The notes: generated by a model from the sequence alone, not told the origin. A stretch of 64,000 nt of DNA from Acidobacteriaceae bacterium (GCA_965276605.1 OZ255619.1:2258119-2322118); one strand, 5' to 3'. Positions 38,893 through 47,744 are shown, counted from the first letter of the stretch. Translations and numbers: made by a program.

Positions 38893-39624
38893 CTAATGCT
38901 TTACGCCCAGCCGTGCGAGACGCAGGCCAAAGGCGCCGGCGAGCGAGAGCGTGCCGACCAGCCAGAACCAGGGCAGCAGGCTCGCTGTGTGCGGCAGCCT
39001 CGCAACGACTGGCTTGTGTGTCACGCTGGCCACTTCCTGGTACCGCGCCGCCTGGATGCCTGCCGGGGCGTTGGGTCCCACGGTTGTCGGCGAGAGCAGC
39101 CAGAGGGTGATGATATGCATTTCGTCCTTCGAAAGGCTCGCTTTGGAAATGATGCCCTCCGATTCCGGATCGATGGCCGGCACCTGCGCGTTGTTCGCTT
39201 TGGCTACGGCAACCGCATCGTTTTTCGGGTAGGCGAATTCGAGCGGCGTGGGGAGCGTGGGGAAGTTCCAGCCGCGCAGATAGGTCGCGCCGTCGGCGGG
39301 GGTGTTCCACAGGATGCGACCCTGCGAACCATGCGGGAGGCGTTTGTTCGGGATGCCGATGAAGAGCGCGCTTGTGTTGGCCGCAGCGCCGTCAGCCGAG
39401 GCACCTTCAACCCGGACGATGTAGCGGTCTTTCAGGTGATCGACGATATGGATGGAGTAGGTGCCGGGGGGCAATGTTTTGCCGGGCACCGCAGTCATGT
39501 CGGAGACCTTGAAGCTGGCTTCGGGATGCTGCGAGTCGGCGGCGAGCAGGGGCGTGGAGGCGCCCAGGACCAGGAGGGTGAGGGCGGTGCAGCAGGAAGG
39601 GAGTTTGCCGAATATGCCTTGCAT
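38893..39624 (-). CDS. secreted protein with C-terminal LPXTG-like sorting signal (putative dedicated sortase substrate)
   Basis: ATG 39624 after AGAGGAGAA. Signal peptide ...TPLLAADS. C-terminus ARLPHTAS + LLPWFWLVGTLSLAGAFGL + RLARLGVKH. The stop is 11 nt before the sortase ATG. Confidence 0.7.
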   Translation of the reverse strand: MQGIFGKLPSCCTALTLLVLGASTPLLAADSQHPEASFKVSDMTAVPGKTLPPGTYSIHIVDHLKDRYIVRVEGASADGAAANTSALFIGIPNKRLPHGSQGRILWNTPADGATYLRGWNFPTLPTPLEFAYPKNDAVAVAKANNAQVPAIDPESEGIISKASLSKDEMHIITLWLLSPTTVGPNAPAGIQAARYQEVASVTHKPVVARLPHTASLLPWFWLVGTLSLAGAFGLRLARLGVKH

Positions 39625-40000
39625 GGGATTTTCTCCTCTGGTTGTGTGCGGCTGGATCACATGTCGTAGCAAGTTACTGTGCGGAATCCTCACACATGAG
39701 TCGTACAAAATGCTCACGTGGGATGCCAAGGGAAGGAAGAAGAATGTGAATTTTCTTTTTGCGGTGTCCAATCTGCATCTTTCGTACCTTGTTTCCTGAA
39801 CGCCGGTGCCCGGATAAGGCTCTTCTCAGGTAACCTACGAGGCCACGGTAACCAAGGCGCTGCGTCGGGAGACTGCTGCTTGGGTCTACCCGAAGGGTAA
39901 AAAATGCGTCTGCAGGCGCTACCATCGAGAGAAAGCTGCTCGTACCTGCGGGCCTCAACCGCCTCTTGCACCATTGAAACCGTTGGAATTACTGGAATAG

Positions 40001-41260
40001 ATGCCAAAACAAAATCTGCTGCAACTGTCCTTCCTTCGCTGCTGCGGAGCGCTTCTTTTTCTTTTCAGCTGCCCTGTCTGGGCGCTCCCCGCGGATGCTC
40101 CGGCGCACAAGCCTGCCGGACCCCGCGACACCCTGACCTTTGAGAATGGCGACACGCTCAGCGGCAAGCTGAACCGGGAAGTTTCGGGCAGTGTCTCGTT
40201 CCAGTCTGATGAGCTGGGCGAGGTGAACGTGCCGTGGAGCAAGATCAAGAGCCTGCATACGCAGAACGGCTACGTGGTGCTGGAGAACAAGCCGGGCGTC
40301 CACATCCGGCACTTTGTGGCCGATGTGGCGCGGGGAACGCTTGCAGTGACCGGCGGCGCGATCCAGGTGAACCCGGGAACCACACCGCCGGCGGCGCTTG
40401 AGGCGCGACCGGTGGGCGGCGAGGCAGCGGTGGCCGCCCGGCCCATCCCGGTGAAGGATGCGCAGTACATCCTGGACGAGCCGACCTTCGACCGCCAGGT
40501 GCGGCATGAGCCTAACTTCTTTGAGGGCTGGAACGGCAGCGCCACGGCCGGCGTGACGGTGGTGCAGGGGACGGAGAACCAGTACGCGTACACCAGCGCC
40601 GTGGCTCTGACGCGCATCGTGCCTACCGTGAGCTGGCTGGCCACGCGCAACCGCATGCAGGCCGACTTCTCCAGCTCCTACGGCAAGATTACGCAGCCGG
40701 CTTACTACAGCGATGGCACGCTCATTGCCGCGACCTATACCAAAAGCTCCATCTTCCATGCGGATGCCGAGCGGGATGAGTATGTGTCGAACCGGCTGTA
40801 CGTGCTGGCGCAAACCGCCTTCGACCACAACTACTCGCAGGGACTGGATCTGCAGCAGATCTACGGCGCAGGCGCGGGTGTAACGGCGGTCAAGCGTGCC
40901 ACCCAGCAACTGGACCTGAAGGCCACGCTGCAGTATGAGAGCCAGGGCTTTATTACCTCGGACTCCGGCACGGACCAGAACCTGGTGGGCTCGACGGTCT
41001 CCGGCACCTACGCTTTGAAGCTGCCTCGGGGCATCGACTTCAATCAGCAGATCGCGTATGTGCCGGCGTTCAACGTCACGCGCGCTTACTCCGCCAACGA
41101 GACGAACACGCTTACTTTCCCGTTTTACAAGAGCGTGGCGTTTACGGTGGGCAGCATCGACAGCTACCTGAACGATCCGGTGCCGGCGGCGCCGCCGACT
41201 ACGCGCAACTCGTTCCAGTTCACGACGGGGATTACGTACACGGTGAAGTCGAAATACTGA
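40001..41260 (+). CDS. DUF481-like outer-membrane beta-barrel protein, paralog 2
   Basis: Colinear with 37060..38244: TFENGDTLSGKLNREVSGSVSFQSD, WNGSATAGVTVVQGTENQ, RIVPTVSWL, NSFQFTTGITYTVKSKY. Confidence 0.6.
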   Translation: MPKQNLLQLSFLRCCGALLFLFSCPVWALPADAPAHKPAGPRDTLTFENGDTLSGKLNREVSGSVSFQSDELGEVNVPWSKIKSLHTQNGYVVLENKPGVHIRHFVADVARGTLAVTGGAIQVNPGTTPPAALEARPVGGEAAVAARPIPVKDAQYILDEPTFDRQVRHEPNFFEGWNGSATAGVTVVQGTENQYAYTSAVALTRIVPTVSWLATRNRMQADFSSSYGKITQPAYYSDGTLIAATYTKSSIFHADAERDEYVSNRLYVLAQTAFDHNYSQGLDLQQIYGAGAGVTAVKRATQQLDLKATLQYESQGFITSDSGTDQNLVGSTVSGTYALKLPRGIDFNQQIAYVPAFNVTRAYSANETNTLTFPFYKSVAFTVGSIDSYLNDPVPAAPPTTRNSFQFTTGITYTVKSKY

Positions 41261-41285
41261 GGGTTTTCTGCCGGGGCGTGCCCGG

Positions 41286-41912
41286 TTAATTCGGCGGCAG
41301 CGGCTGCACCGGGATGACCACGGGCGCGCTGGGGCCCGCGGGCTGCGGCACAGACACCTCTCCAAGGACAGGGCTCTTGAGCACAGCCAGAACGTCATCC
41401 GGAAGGGGCTTGTCGGCGTTGGCCAGCAGCACGGAGACCTGCCACATCTGCGCCTCGTTCAGGATTGTTTGATAGCTGGGCATGCCGGAGAGGCGGATGC
41501 CGTTCTTGACCTTCCAAAAGGTTTCGCCCGGCGGGTCGTCGCTGACGCCGACTATGCCGTGGCCATGCGGGGCCCACAGCTGCGGAGCGCGGGGGAACAT
41601 GTGCGGACCGAAGGCCGAGGGGCGCCCGTACTGGCCGTGGCAGCCGGCGCACTGCTCGCGGTAGAGCTCGGCGCCGAGCAGCAGGTTGGCCGGGCTCGGG
41701 TCCATCGCGGTTTGGGCGACGGCCTGGGTGGAGGCATGGGCGGGCATGTCGCGGTCAATGCGCGCATGCAGCGGCACGCTCACAATCTGCTTTTCAAACG
41801 GCAAGCGGGGATCGGTGACCGCGACCGGCGGATGGCCGTAGCGCAGCCACCACCACGCACCTACGGGCAATACCAGCAGTCCTAGCAGCAGGCCAAGCAG
41901 AAATCCGCGCAT
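41286..41912 (-). CDS. membrane-anchored monohaem c-type cytochrome
   Basis: ATG 41912 (MRGFLLGLLLGLLVLPVGAWWW anchor). A single CAGCH haem-binding motif. A downstream Met (SGMPSY) is a possible sixth ligand. Confidence 0.7.
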   Translation of the reverse strand: MRGFLLGLLLGLLVLPVGAWWWLRYGHPPVAVTDPRLPFEKQIVSVPLHARIDRDMPAHASTQAVAQTAMDPSPANLLLGAELYREQCAGCHGQYGRPSAFGPHMFPRAPQLWAPHGHGIVGVSDDPPGETFWKVKNGIRLSGMPSYQTILNEAQMWQVSVLLANADKPLPDDVLAVLKSPVLGEVSVPQPAGPSAPVVIPVQPLPPN

Positions 41913-42192
41913 TGTGGCTTTGTTCTCCGGGTGTGTCAGATTCTGTTTGTGGGTCCTGTCGGCGACCCTCTGCCTGTGTACTGTAGCAGCCGGGCCGGGT
42001 GCAAGCGTTATTGCGTCGAGAGGGATGGGCACGGGCCGGCAAGCGAGTTTGCTCGAGCAACATTCGGGCCGGTCTGGGGAGCCGGGTCCGGGCCGGAATG
42101 GTTTCAGTGATTTAATAGGGAGTGGCGCGCCTGGGGGGAACCTGCGCGCACTCTTCGCTGTTCCTGTCCGTCGCTCCCTGGAGGCATCAAGC

Positions 42193-42972
42193 TTGTTTCA
42201 GTACCGCCGCCGTTTTCTCGCACCAGCCCTCGCCCTTGCCGGGGCAGTCTTTCTTCCGCTCGCAGTGCTTGCGCAGGCAGGCACGGGTACTCTGTCGCCG
42301 CAGCAGGACACCACGCCCGCACCCGACCAGGGGACCGAGCCGCCCGCGCCGCAAAGCCAGCAGCAGCGCGCCCAGGTGCTGCGCGATGCCCAGGCCCGGG
42401 TGCTGGCGCGCCGGCGGGTGCGCGAGCAGGCGATTGTGCAGGATACCTACTCCCACAAGTACGAGCTGTATGCCGGGGGCGCCTACCTGCGCTTTCGCCC
42501 CGGCCATGATCTGCAGCACATGACCGAGGGGGCTTGGAATGTGGGCGCGACCGAGTGGGTGCGGCCCAAGCTGGGCGTGACTGCCGACTTCCGGGGCTAC
42601 TACGGCACCGCCATCGCCAACAACTTTGAGTTCCAGGTCTTCAGGCCATCCATCAGCCAGTACACCTTCATGGCCGGTCCGCAGTACCGCTTCTTCCAGA
42701 GCGAGCACTGGGCCTGGAATGCGCAGGTACTGGCGGGGCTGGACCACGGCAACTTTTCGACCGGCCTGGGCTCGCTGAGAGGCGCTCCGGTGGGGCTTTA
42801 CTCCGACGGCAACAAGCTGGCCTTCAGCGTGGGCGCGGCGGTGGACTACAACCTGAGCCCCGCGCTGGCGGTGCGGCTGATGCCCAATTACCTGCTGACC
42901 AACTTTGGCGGAGACATCCAGCACAATCTGGGCTTTACCGCGGGCGTGGTGTACCGCTGGGGGCGCCAGTAG
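42193..42972 (+). CDS. outer-membrane beta-barrel protein
   Basis: ORF 41914..42972. Start placed at TTG 42193 after GGAGG (MFQYRRRFLAPALALAGAVFLPLAVLAQ signal). Beta-barrel periodicity and C-terminal GFTAGVVYRWGRQ. Confidence 0.65.
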   Translation: MFQYRRRFLAPALALAGAVFLPLAVLAQAGTGTLSPQQDTTPAPDQGTEPPAPQSQQQRAQVLRDAQARVLARRRVREQAIVQDTYSHKYELYAGGAYLRFRPGHDLQHMTEGAWNVGATEWVRPKLGVTADFRGYYGTAIANNFEFQVFRPSISQYTFMAGPQYRFFQSEHWAWNAQVLAGLDHGNFSTGLGSLRGAPVGLYSDGNKLAFSVGAAVDYNLSPALAVRLMPNYLLTNFGGDIQHNLGFTAGVVYRWGRQ

Positions 42973-42993
42973 CTTCCGGACGCTGATGCGTGG

Positions 42994-43224
42994 CTAGATC
43001 AGGATCCGCGAGATGCCGTACGCGACCGCCGCCAGTCCGATTGCGACCAGGACGGCGCGCCGGCCGTAGGCAACCAGCCGCCGGCGGTCGCTTTTGCCGC
43101 TGGCCGGCAGCGCCAGCGCGGGCGGCCGCTCGGCGACGATATCGCGGAGCAGGAGGCCTGTCAGCGCCAGGTATAACCCGGCCAATAGGCAGATCCAGTG
43201 CGCGGGGTTGAATGACAGATGCAT
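42994..43224 (-). CDS. small two-TM hypothetical membrane protein
   Basis: ATG 43224; 76 aa with two hydrophobic spans. No family recognised. Confidence 0.4.
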   Translation of the reverse strand: MHLSFNPAHWICLLAGLYLALTGLLLRDIVAERPPALALPASGKSDRRRLVAYGRRAVLVAIGLAAVAYGISRILI

Positions 43225-43267
43225 GGTGCGGCGATGCCGGCAATCCTGTGCTCCGCGCAACGGCCGC

Positions 43268-44701
43268 TTACTTGCGCGCGCGGCTGTCGCGCTCCCGGGC
43301 CGAGTCGAGCGGATACTGCGGCTGGGTCATGCGCTCCGGGTCCAGGATTTCGGCGATCTCTCCTTCGCTGAGCAGCTTTCGCTTGCGGGCCAGCGCGATG
43401 ATGGACTCACCGGTTGCGACTGACTCCTTCACGATCTCCGCTGCTTTCGCGTAGCCAATATACGGGTTCAGGGCGGTGGCAAGCGAGACTGTTTTCTGGC
43501 TGTATTCGACACAGCGGGAAACATTGGCGGTGATACCCGCGACGCAGCGCCGGTCAAACTGGTCGAGAGTGTTGGCGAGGATGCTGATGCTCTGGAGCGT
43601 ATTGAGCGCCATGGTGGGCATCATGACGTTCAGCTCGAGCTGGCCGGCCTGCACGGCCATGGCCGTCGCTGCATCGTTGCCGACGACCTGGAAGCCGACC
43701 ATGGCGACCAGCTCCGGCAGCACGGGGTTGATCTTGCCGGGCATGATGGAGGAGCCGGGCTGGAGGCTGGGCAAAGCGATCTCGCCGAAGCCGGTGTTGG
43801 GCCCGGAGGAGAGCAGGCGGATGTCGTTGGAGATGCGTATGAGCTCGAGCGCGATGCCGCGCAGCGCGGCGCTCACATCGGCCATGCACGCGTTCGACTG
43901 CATGGCCCAGCGCATGTCCGGGGCCGGCTCAAGGCGCTGGCCGGAGAGGCGGGCGAGCGCGGCGACGGCTAGCGCGCGATAGTCAGGGTGCGTGTTGATG
44001 CCGGTGCCGACCGCCGAGCCGCCCAGGCCGAGCTCCCGCAGGGATTCAGCTGCCAGCGCCAGGAATTTGCGGCCTTTCTCGATCGCCAGGCCGTACGCGG
44101 CAAACTCCTGCCCGAGGCGGATCGGCACCGCATCCTGCATGTGGGTGCGGCCTGACTTCATGACGCTGTGGAACTCCTGCGCCTTACGCGCGAAGGTGGC
44201 GGCGAGCGCGTCGAGCACCGGGTACAGCGTTTCAAGCGCGAGCAGCGTGGCGATGCGCATGCCGGTAGGGAAGACATCGTTGGTGGACTGGCCGTAGTTC
44301 ACGTGGTCGTTGGGGTGCACGTGGGCGTACTCGCCCAAGGCGCCGCCCAGCAGCTGGTTGGCGCGGTTGGCAACGACCTCGTTGGTGTTCATGTGGAAGC
44401 TGACCCCGGCGCCGGCCTGGAAGACGTCCACCACGAACTCCGAGTTCCAGCGGCCCTCGGCGACCTCAGTGGCCGCAGCGATGATGGCATCGGCCTGCTG
44501 GGGCGCGACCAGGCCGAGCGACTTGTTTGCCTCGGCAGCCGCGGCCTTGACCAGCCCGAACGCGCGGATCAGCACCGGGTGCGCGCGCAGCCCGCTGATG
44601 GGGTAGTTCTCGACCGCACGCGCGGTTTGCGCGCCGTAGAAACTCTGCGCCGGGACCTGGACCAGGCCTAGGGAATCTTTTTCTGTTCTTGTTAGTGCCA
44701 T
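43268..44701 (-). CDS. aspA: aspartate ammonia-lyase (class II fumarase/aspartase family)
   Basis: TRTEKDSLGLVQVPAQSFYGAQTARAVENYPISG N-terminus and signature GSSIMPGKINPVLPE (Val after NP favours aspartase over fumarase). Confidence 0.85.
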   Translation of the reverse strand: MALTRTEKDSLGLVQVPAQSFYGAQTARAVENYPISGLRAHPVLIRAFGLVKAAAAEANKSLGLVAPQQADAIIAAATEVAEGRWNSEFVVDVFQAGAGVSFHMNTNEVVANRANQLLGGALGEYAHVHPNDHVNYGQSTNDVFPTGMRIATLLALETLYPVLDALAATFARKAQEFHSVMKSGRTHMQDAVPIRLGQEFAAYGLAIEKGRKFLALAAESLRELGLGGSAVGTGINTHPDYRALAVAALARLSGQRLEPAPDMRWAMQSNACMADVSAALRGIALELIRISNDIRLLSSGPNTGFGEIALPSLQPGSSIMPGKINPVLPELVAMVGFQVVGNDAATAMAVQAGQLELNVMMPTMALNTLQSISILANTLDQFDRRCVAGITANVSRCVEYSQKTVSLATALNPYIGYAKAAEIVKESVATGESIIALARKRKLLSEGEIAEILDPERMTQPQYPLDSARERDSRARK

Positions 44702-44712
44702 GGCTCATTCTA

Positions 44713-44876
44713 AAACCGCCTGCGCGGCTCGCGGCCACTTCGTGGCGTGTTCTCGTTTCCGTGGCCCTCCCGTTGGTCGGGGATATGGATCCCGAGCATC
44801 GCGAGGGCCACAATGGCTTGCACCTGGCACATAACGCCACACGGCACGAAGTGCCCGCCAGCCGCGCAGGCGGTTT
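44713..44876. repeat. interspersed repeat family 2, full copy: 32-nt inverted arms with a nested 9-bp inverted repeat
   Basis: AAACCGCCTGCGCGGCTCGCGGCCACTTCGTG (44713-44744) versus CACGAAGTGCCCGCCAGCCGCGCAGGCGGTTT (44845-44876), 30/32 complementary. Inner GTGGCCCTC (44761-44769) / GAGGGCCAC (44803-44811). Confidence 0.8.
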
Positions 44877-44887
44877 ATCCTGTATTT

Positions 44888-45907
44888 ATGAGTCTCGAAG
44901 AGCGCTTCGACGTACTGGTGATCGGCGCGGGTCCTACGGGCCTTGCGTGTGCGCTTGAGGCCAAGCGGCTGGGGCTGCGTGTGGTGCTGGTCGATAAGGG
45001 CTGCCTGTGCAACTCGATCTATCACTATCCCGCGCACATGACCTTCTTTACCACGCCGGAGCTGCTCGAGATCGGCGAGGTGCCGTTCCCGAGCCAGAAC
45101 CCCAAGCCGAACCGCAACGAGGCGCTGGAGTACTACCGCAAGGTCGCGGAGCGGTTCGAGCTGGATGCGCGTTTGTATCTCAACGTTGACTCGGTGGAGG
45201 GCGGCGACGGGAATTTCCGCGTTCACACCACCGACCGTTTTGAGCGGCGCGCTATCTTCGGCGCGCGCAAGCTGATCGTTGCGACCGGCTACTATGATCT
45301 GCCGAACTACCTCGATATTCCGGGCGAAGAGCTTAGCAAGGTGATGCACTACTATGACGACCCGCACCCGTACTACGGCATGGATGTGATGGTTGTGGGC
45401 GGCAAGAACTCGGCGGCGATTGCAGCTCTCGATCTATGGCGGCATGGCGCGCGCGTGACCGTGGTGCATCGCGGGCCGGAGATGCATGAGCGTCACGTGA
45501 AGTACTGGATCCTGCCGGACTTCAACAACCGGGTGAAGAATGGTGAGATCACCGCTTACTTTAATGCTGAAGTTATAAGTGTGGCGCTCGACCAAGTAAC
45601 GCTGCGCACGCAGGATGGCGAGAAGACTGTGGAGAATGAGTTCGTTTTCGCGCTTACCGGCTACCATCCGGATTTTTCGTTCCTGCGCTCGCTTGGCATT
45701 CGCATGGAAGGCGAGGACCAGATGCCGGTGTGCGATCCGGAGACCCGCGAGAGCAATGTGCCGGGGCTTTACCTTGCCGGTGTGATTGTGGCGGGGATGC
45801 GGACGAATGAAGTTTTTATCGAGAACGGGCGGTTCCACGGCAAGGAGATTGCGCTCGACCTGGCGCGCAAGCTGCCGGTGACGGAGCCAGAGCCGGCTGC
45901 GGTGTAG
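44888..45907 (+). CDS. ypdA: YpdA-family FAD-dependent (putative bacillithiol disulfide) reductase
   Basis: ATG 44888. FDVLVIGAGPTGL, NSIYHYPAHMTFFTTPELLEIG, ATGYYDLPNYLDIPGE, FALTGYHPDFSFL and EVFIENGRFHG are colinear with Bacillus YpdA as I recall it. Confidence 0.8.
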   Translation: MSLEERFDVLVIGAGPTGLACALEAKRLGLRVVLVDKGCLCNSIYHYPAHMTFFTTPELLEIGEVPFPSQNPKPNRNEALEYYRKVAERFELDARLYLNVDSVEGGDGNFRVHTTDRFERRAIFGARKLIVATGYYDLPNYLDIPGEELSKVMHYYDDPHPYYGMDVMVVGGKNSAAIAALDLWRHGARVTVVHRGPEMHERHVKYWILPDFNNRVKNGEITAYFNAEVISVALDQVTLRTQDGEKTVENEFVFALTGYHPDFSFLRSLGIRMEGEDQMPVCDPETRESNVPGLYLAGVIVAGMRTNEVFIENGRFHGKEIALDLARKLPVTEPEPAAV

Positions 45908-45951
45908 CGGGCCGCAGACCGGAGCGGCTGAACGCTGCTGGCGATCACGTT

Positions 45952-46770
45952 TCATGCGATGACGCGGCCGAGAAAACTGCGCACACCGATTCCGCCCAGC
46001 ACTGCCAGAGACACGAGCAAACCAGCCAGGATGGCCAGCGCCGGCATATGCGGCACGCCTGGGGTGAGCGCTGTCCGCAGCCCTTCGCTCATATACACAA
46101 TGGGGTTGACCAGCACGACGATCTGCAGCCAGCGTACGTGCCCCAGCAGCGCCCACGGGTAGTACACGCAGCCGAGGAACGTGATGGGGATCACGACGAT
46201 CGAGAACACCAGGCCGATTTGTCGCGGCTGCACGCTGGCGCCGATGGCCAGGCCGAGCGCGCCCGAGACCAGGCTGGCCAGCACCATGACGGCGACGAAC
46301 AGCGGCCAGCTGCTGATGTGCAGCAGCACCGGCGTGCTGGGCACATAGTAGGCCAGCGGCAACACCAGCAGCGCCGCCAGCACGCTTTGCAGCGCGGAGA
46401 AGCAGACCTTCTCAACCGCGACCGCGTACACCGGCAGCGGACACATGACGCGGTCGTCGATCTCGCGGGTCACGCCGAACTCAGTGGACAAGGGCAGGGC
46501 GACGGCGGCGATGCCGGTAAACATGATGGCCACCGCCATGAGCCCCGGCAGCAGCACGGTGGCGAAGCTGCCGCTGCCGATGGTCATGCCGCTGCCCGAG
46601 CCGAGGCGCGGGAACAAATACGTGAACACGAAGAGGAATAACAGTGGCTGCATGATGACGCGGACCGCGAATGGCAGCAGTTCGCGGCTGAGCACGCGTG
46701 TGTCCCGCAGCATCAGCGCGCCGAAGGCTGCCATTGACCGGTTGGCTTGCGAGAAGTTTTGTTCAGTCAC
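45952..46770 (-). CDS. ABC-2 type exporter permease
   Basis: Six TM. GTG 46770 overlaps the ATPase stop (GTGACTGA); ATG 46734 is the alternative. Confidence 0.8.
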   Translation of the reverse strand: MTEQNFSQANRSMAAFGALMLRDTRVLSRELLPFAVRVIMQPLLFLFVFTYLFPRLGSGSGMTIGSGSFATVLLPGLMAVAIMFTGIAAVALPLSTEFGVTREIDDRVMCPLPVYAVAVEKVCFSALQSVLAALLVLPLAYYVPSTPVLLHISSWPLFVAVMVLASLVSGALGLAIGASVQPRQIGLVFSIVVIPITFLGCVYYPWALLGHVRWLQIVVLVNPIVYMSEGLRTALTPGVPHMPALAILAGLLVSLAVLGGIGVRSFLGRVIA

Positions 46771-47707
46771 GCAGCTCCCTCCCGGTAAGGCGTAGAAATA
46801 CGGTTTCGAGGCTGGGCTCGTGGATCGCGAGGTCGCGCAGCCCCGCGCTCTGCGACGCGGAGACGACCAGGGGCACCAGGCCATCGAGCTGTCGCGCAAA
46901 GATGCGGATGCCTTCGCCAGTGGCTTCGGCGGAGACGATACTGGGGAGCGCCTGCAACTCGGCAAGCATGGCGGACAAAGCGCTTTTGTCGCGCAGCGTC
47001 AGCTCCAGCACGGTGTGCGTGCCATGCTCCAGCTTCAGCGCCTCCGGCGTGTCGAGCGCGAGGATGCGGCCCTTGTCGACGACCGCGACGCGGTCGCATA
47101 AGGTGTCGGCTTCTTCCATGTAATGCGTGGTGAGCACGACGGTGATGCCTTCGCTGCGCAGAGAGCCGACAGCCTCCCACATGGCGATGCGGCTCTGCGG
47201 GTCCAGCCCCGCGCTCGGCTCATCGAGGAACAACACTGACGGGTGGTGCGCGATGGCGCGGGCAATCTGCAGCCGCTGCTGCAGGCCGCCGGAGAGTTCG
47301 CGGGGAAAGGCCTTGCCGCGCTCCGCCAGGTGGAATTGCGCGAGGAGTGCGTTGGAGCGAGTACGCGCGTCCTGCGCAGGCATGCCGAAGTAGCGGCAGT
47401 GAAAGTAGAGGTTCTCAAAAGCGGTCAGCGAGCGGTCGAGCGTGTTGTACTGCGGCACCACACCCATCTGCACGCGGGCGCGCGACGGCTGTTTGACTAC
47501 ATCGACGCCGCCGATGACGACGTGGCCTGCGGACGGGCGCGCGCGGGTGGTGCAGATGCTGATGGTCGTGGTTTTGCCGGCGCCGTTTGGACCCAGCAAG
47601 CCGAAGATTTCTCCTCGCTCGACGGCGAGTGAGATGCCCGAGACGGCGACCACATCTTCGGGCCTGGCTGCGTACACTTTGCGGAGCTCGTGAATCTCTA
47701 CGATCAA
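46763..47707 (-). CDS. ABC transporter ATP-binding protein (DrrA/ABC-2 type)
   Basis: Walker A GLLGPNGAGKTT, signature LSGGLQQRL, Walker B VLFLDEP. Confidence 0.93.
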   Translation of the reverse strand: MIVEIHELRKVYAARPEDVVAVSGISLAVERGEIFGLLGPNGAGKTTTISICTTRARPSAGHVVIGGVDVVKQPSRARVQMGVVPQYNTLDRSLTAFENLYFHCRYFGMPAQDARTRSNALLAQFHLAERGKAFPRELSGGLQQRLQIARAIAHHPSVLFLDEPSAGLDPQSRIAMWEAVGSLRSEGITVVLTTHYMEEADTLCDRVAVVDKGRILALDTPEALKLEHGTHTVLELTLRDKSALSAMLAELQALPSIVSAEATGEGIRIFARQLDGLVPLVVSASQSAGLRDLAIHEPSLETVFLRLTGRELRD

Positions 47708-47744
47708 GCAGGCTCCTCATGCGTTTGGGCGCGGCGGCCGCGTT

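Noticed and set aside
41286-42972. Cytochrome c and the divergent OMP, considered as parts of the sortase system.
   Set aside because: Nothing in the sequence links them to the system beyond proximity. They are separated from the sortase pair by DUF481 paralog 2 and have their own divergent promoter region.
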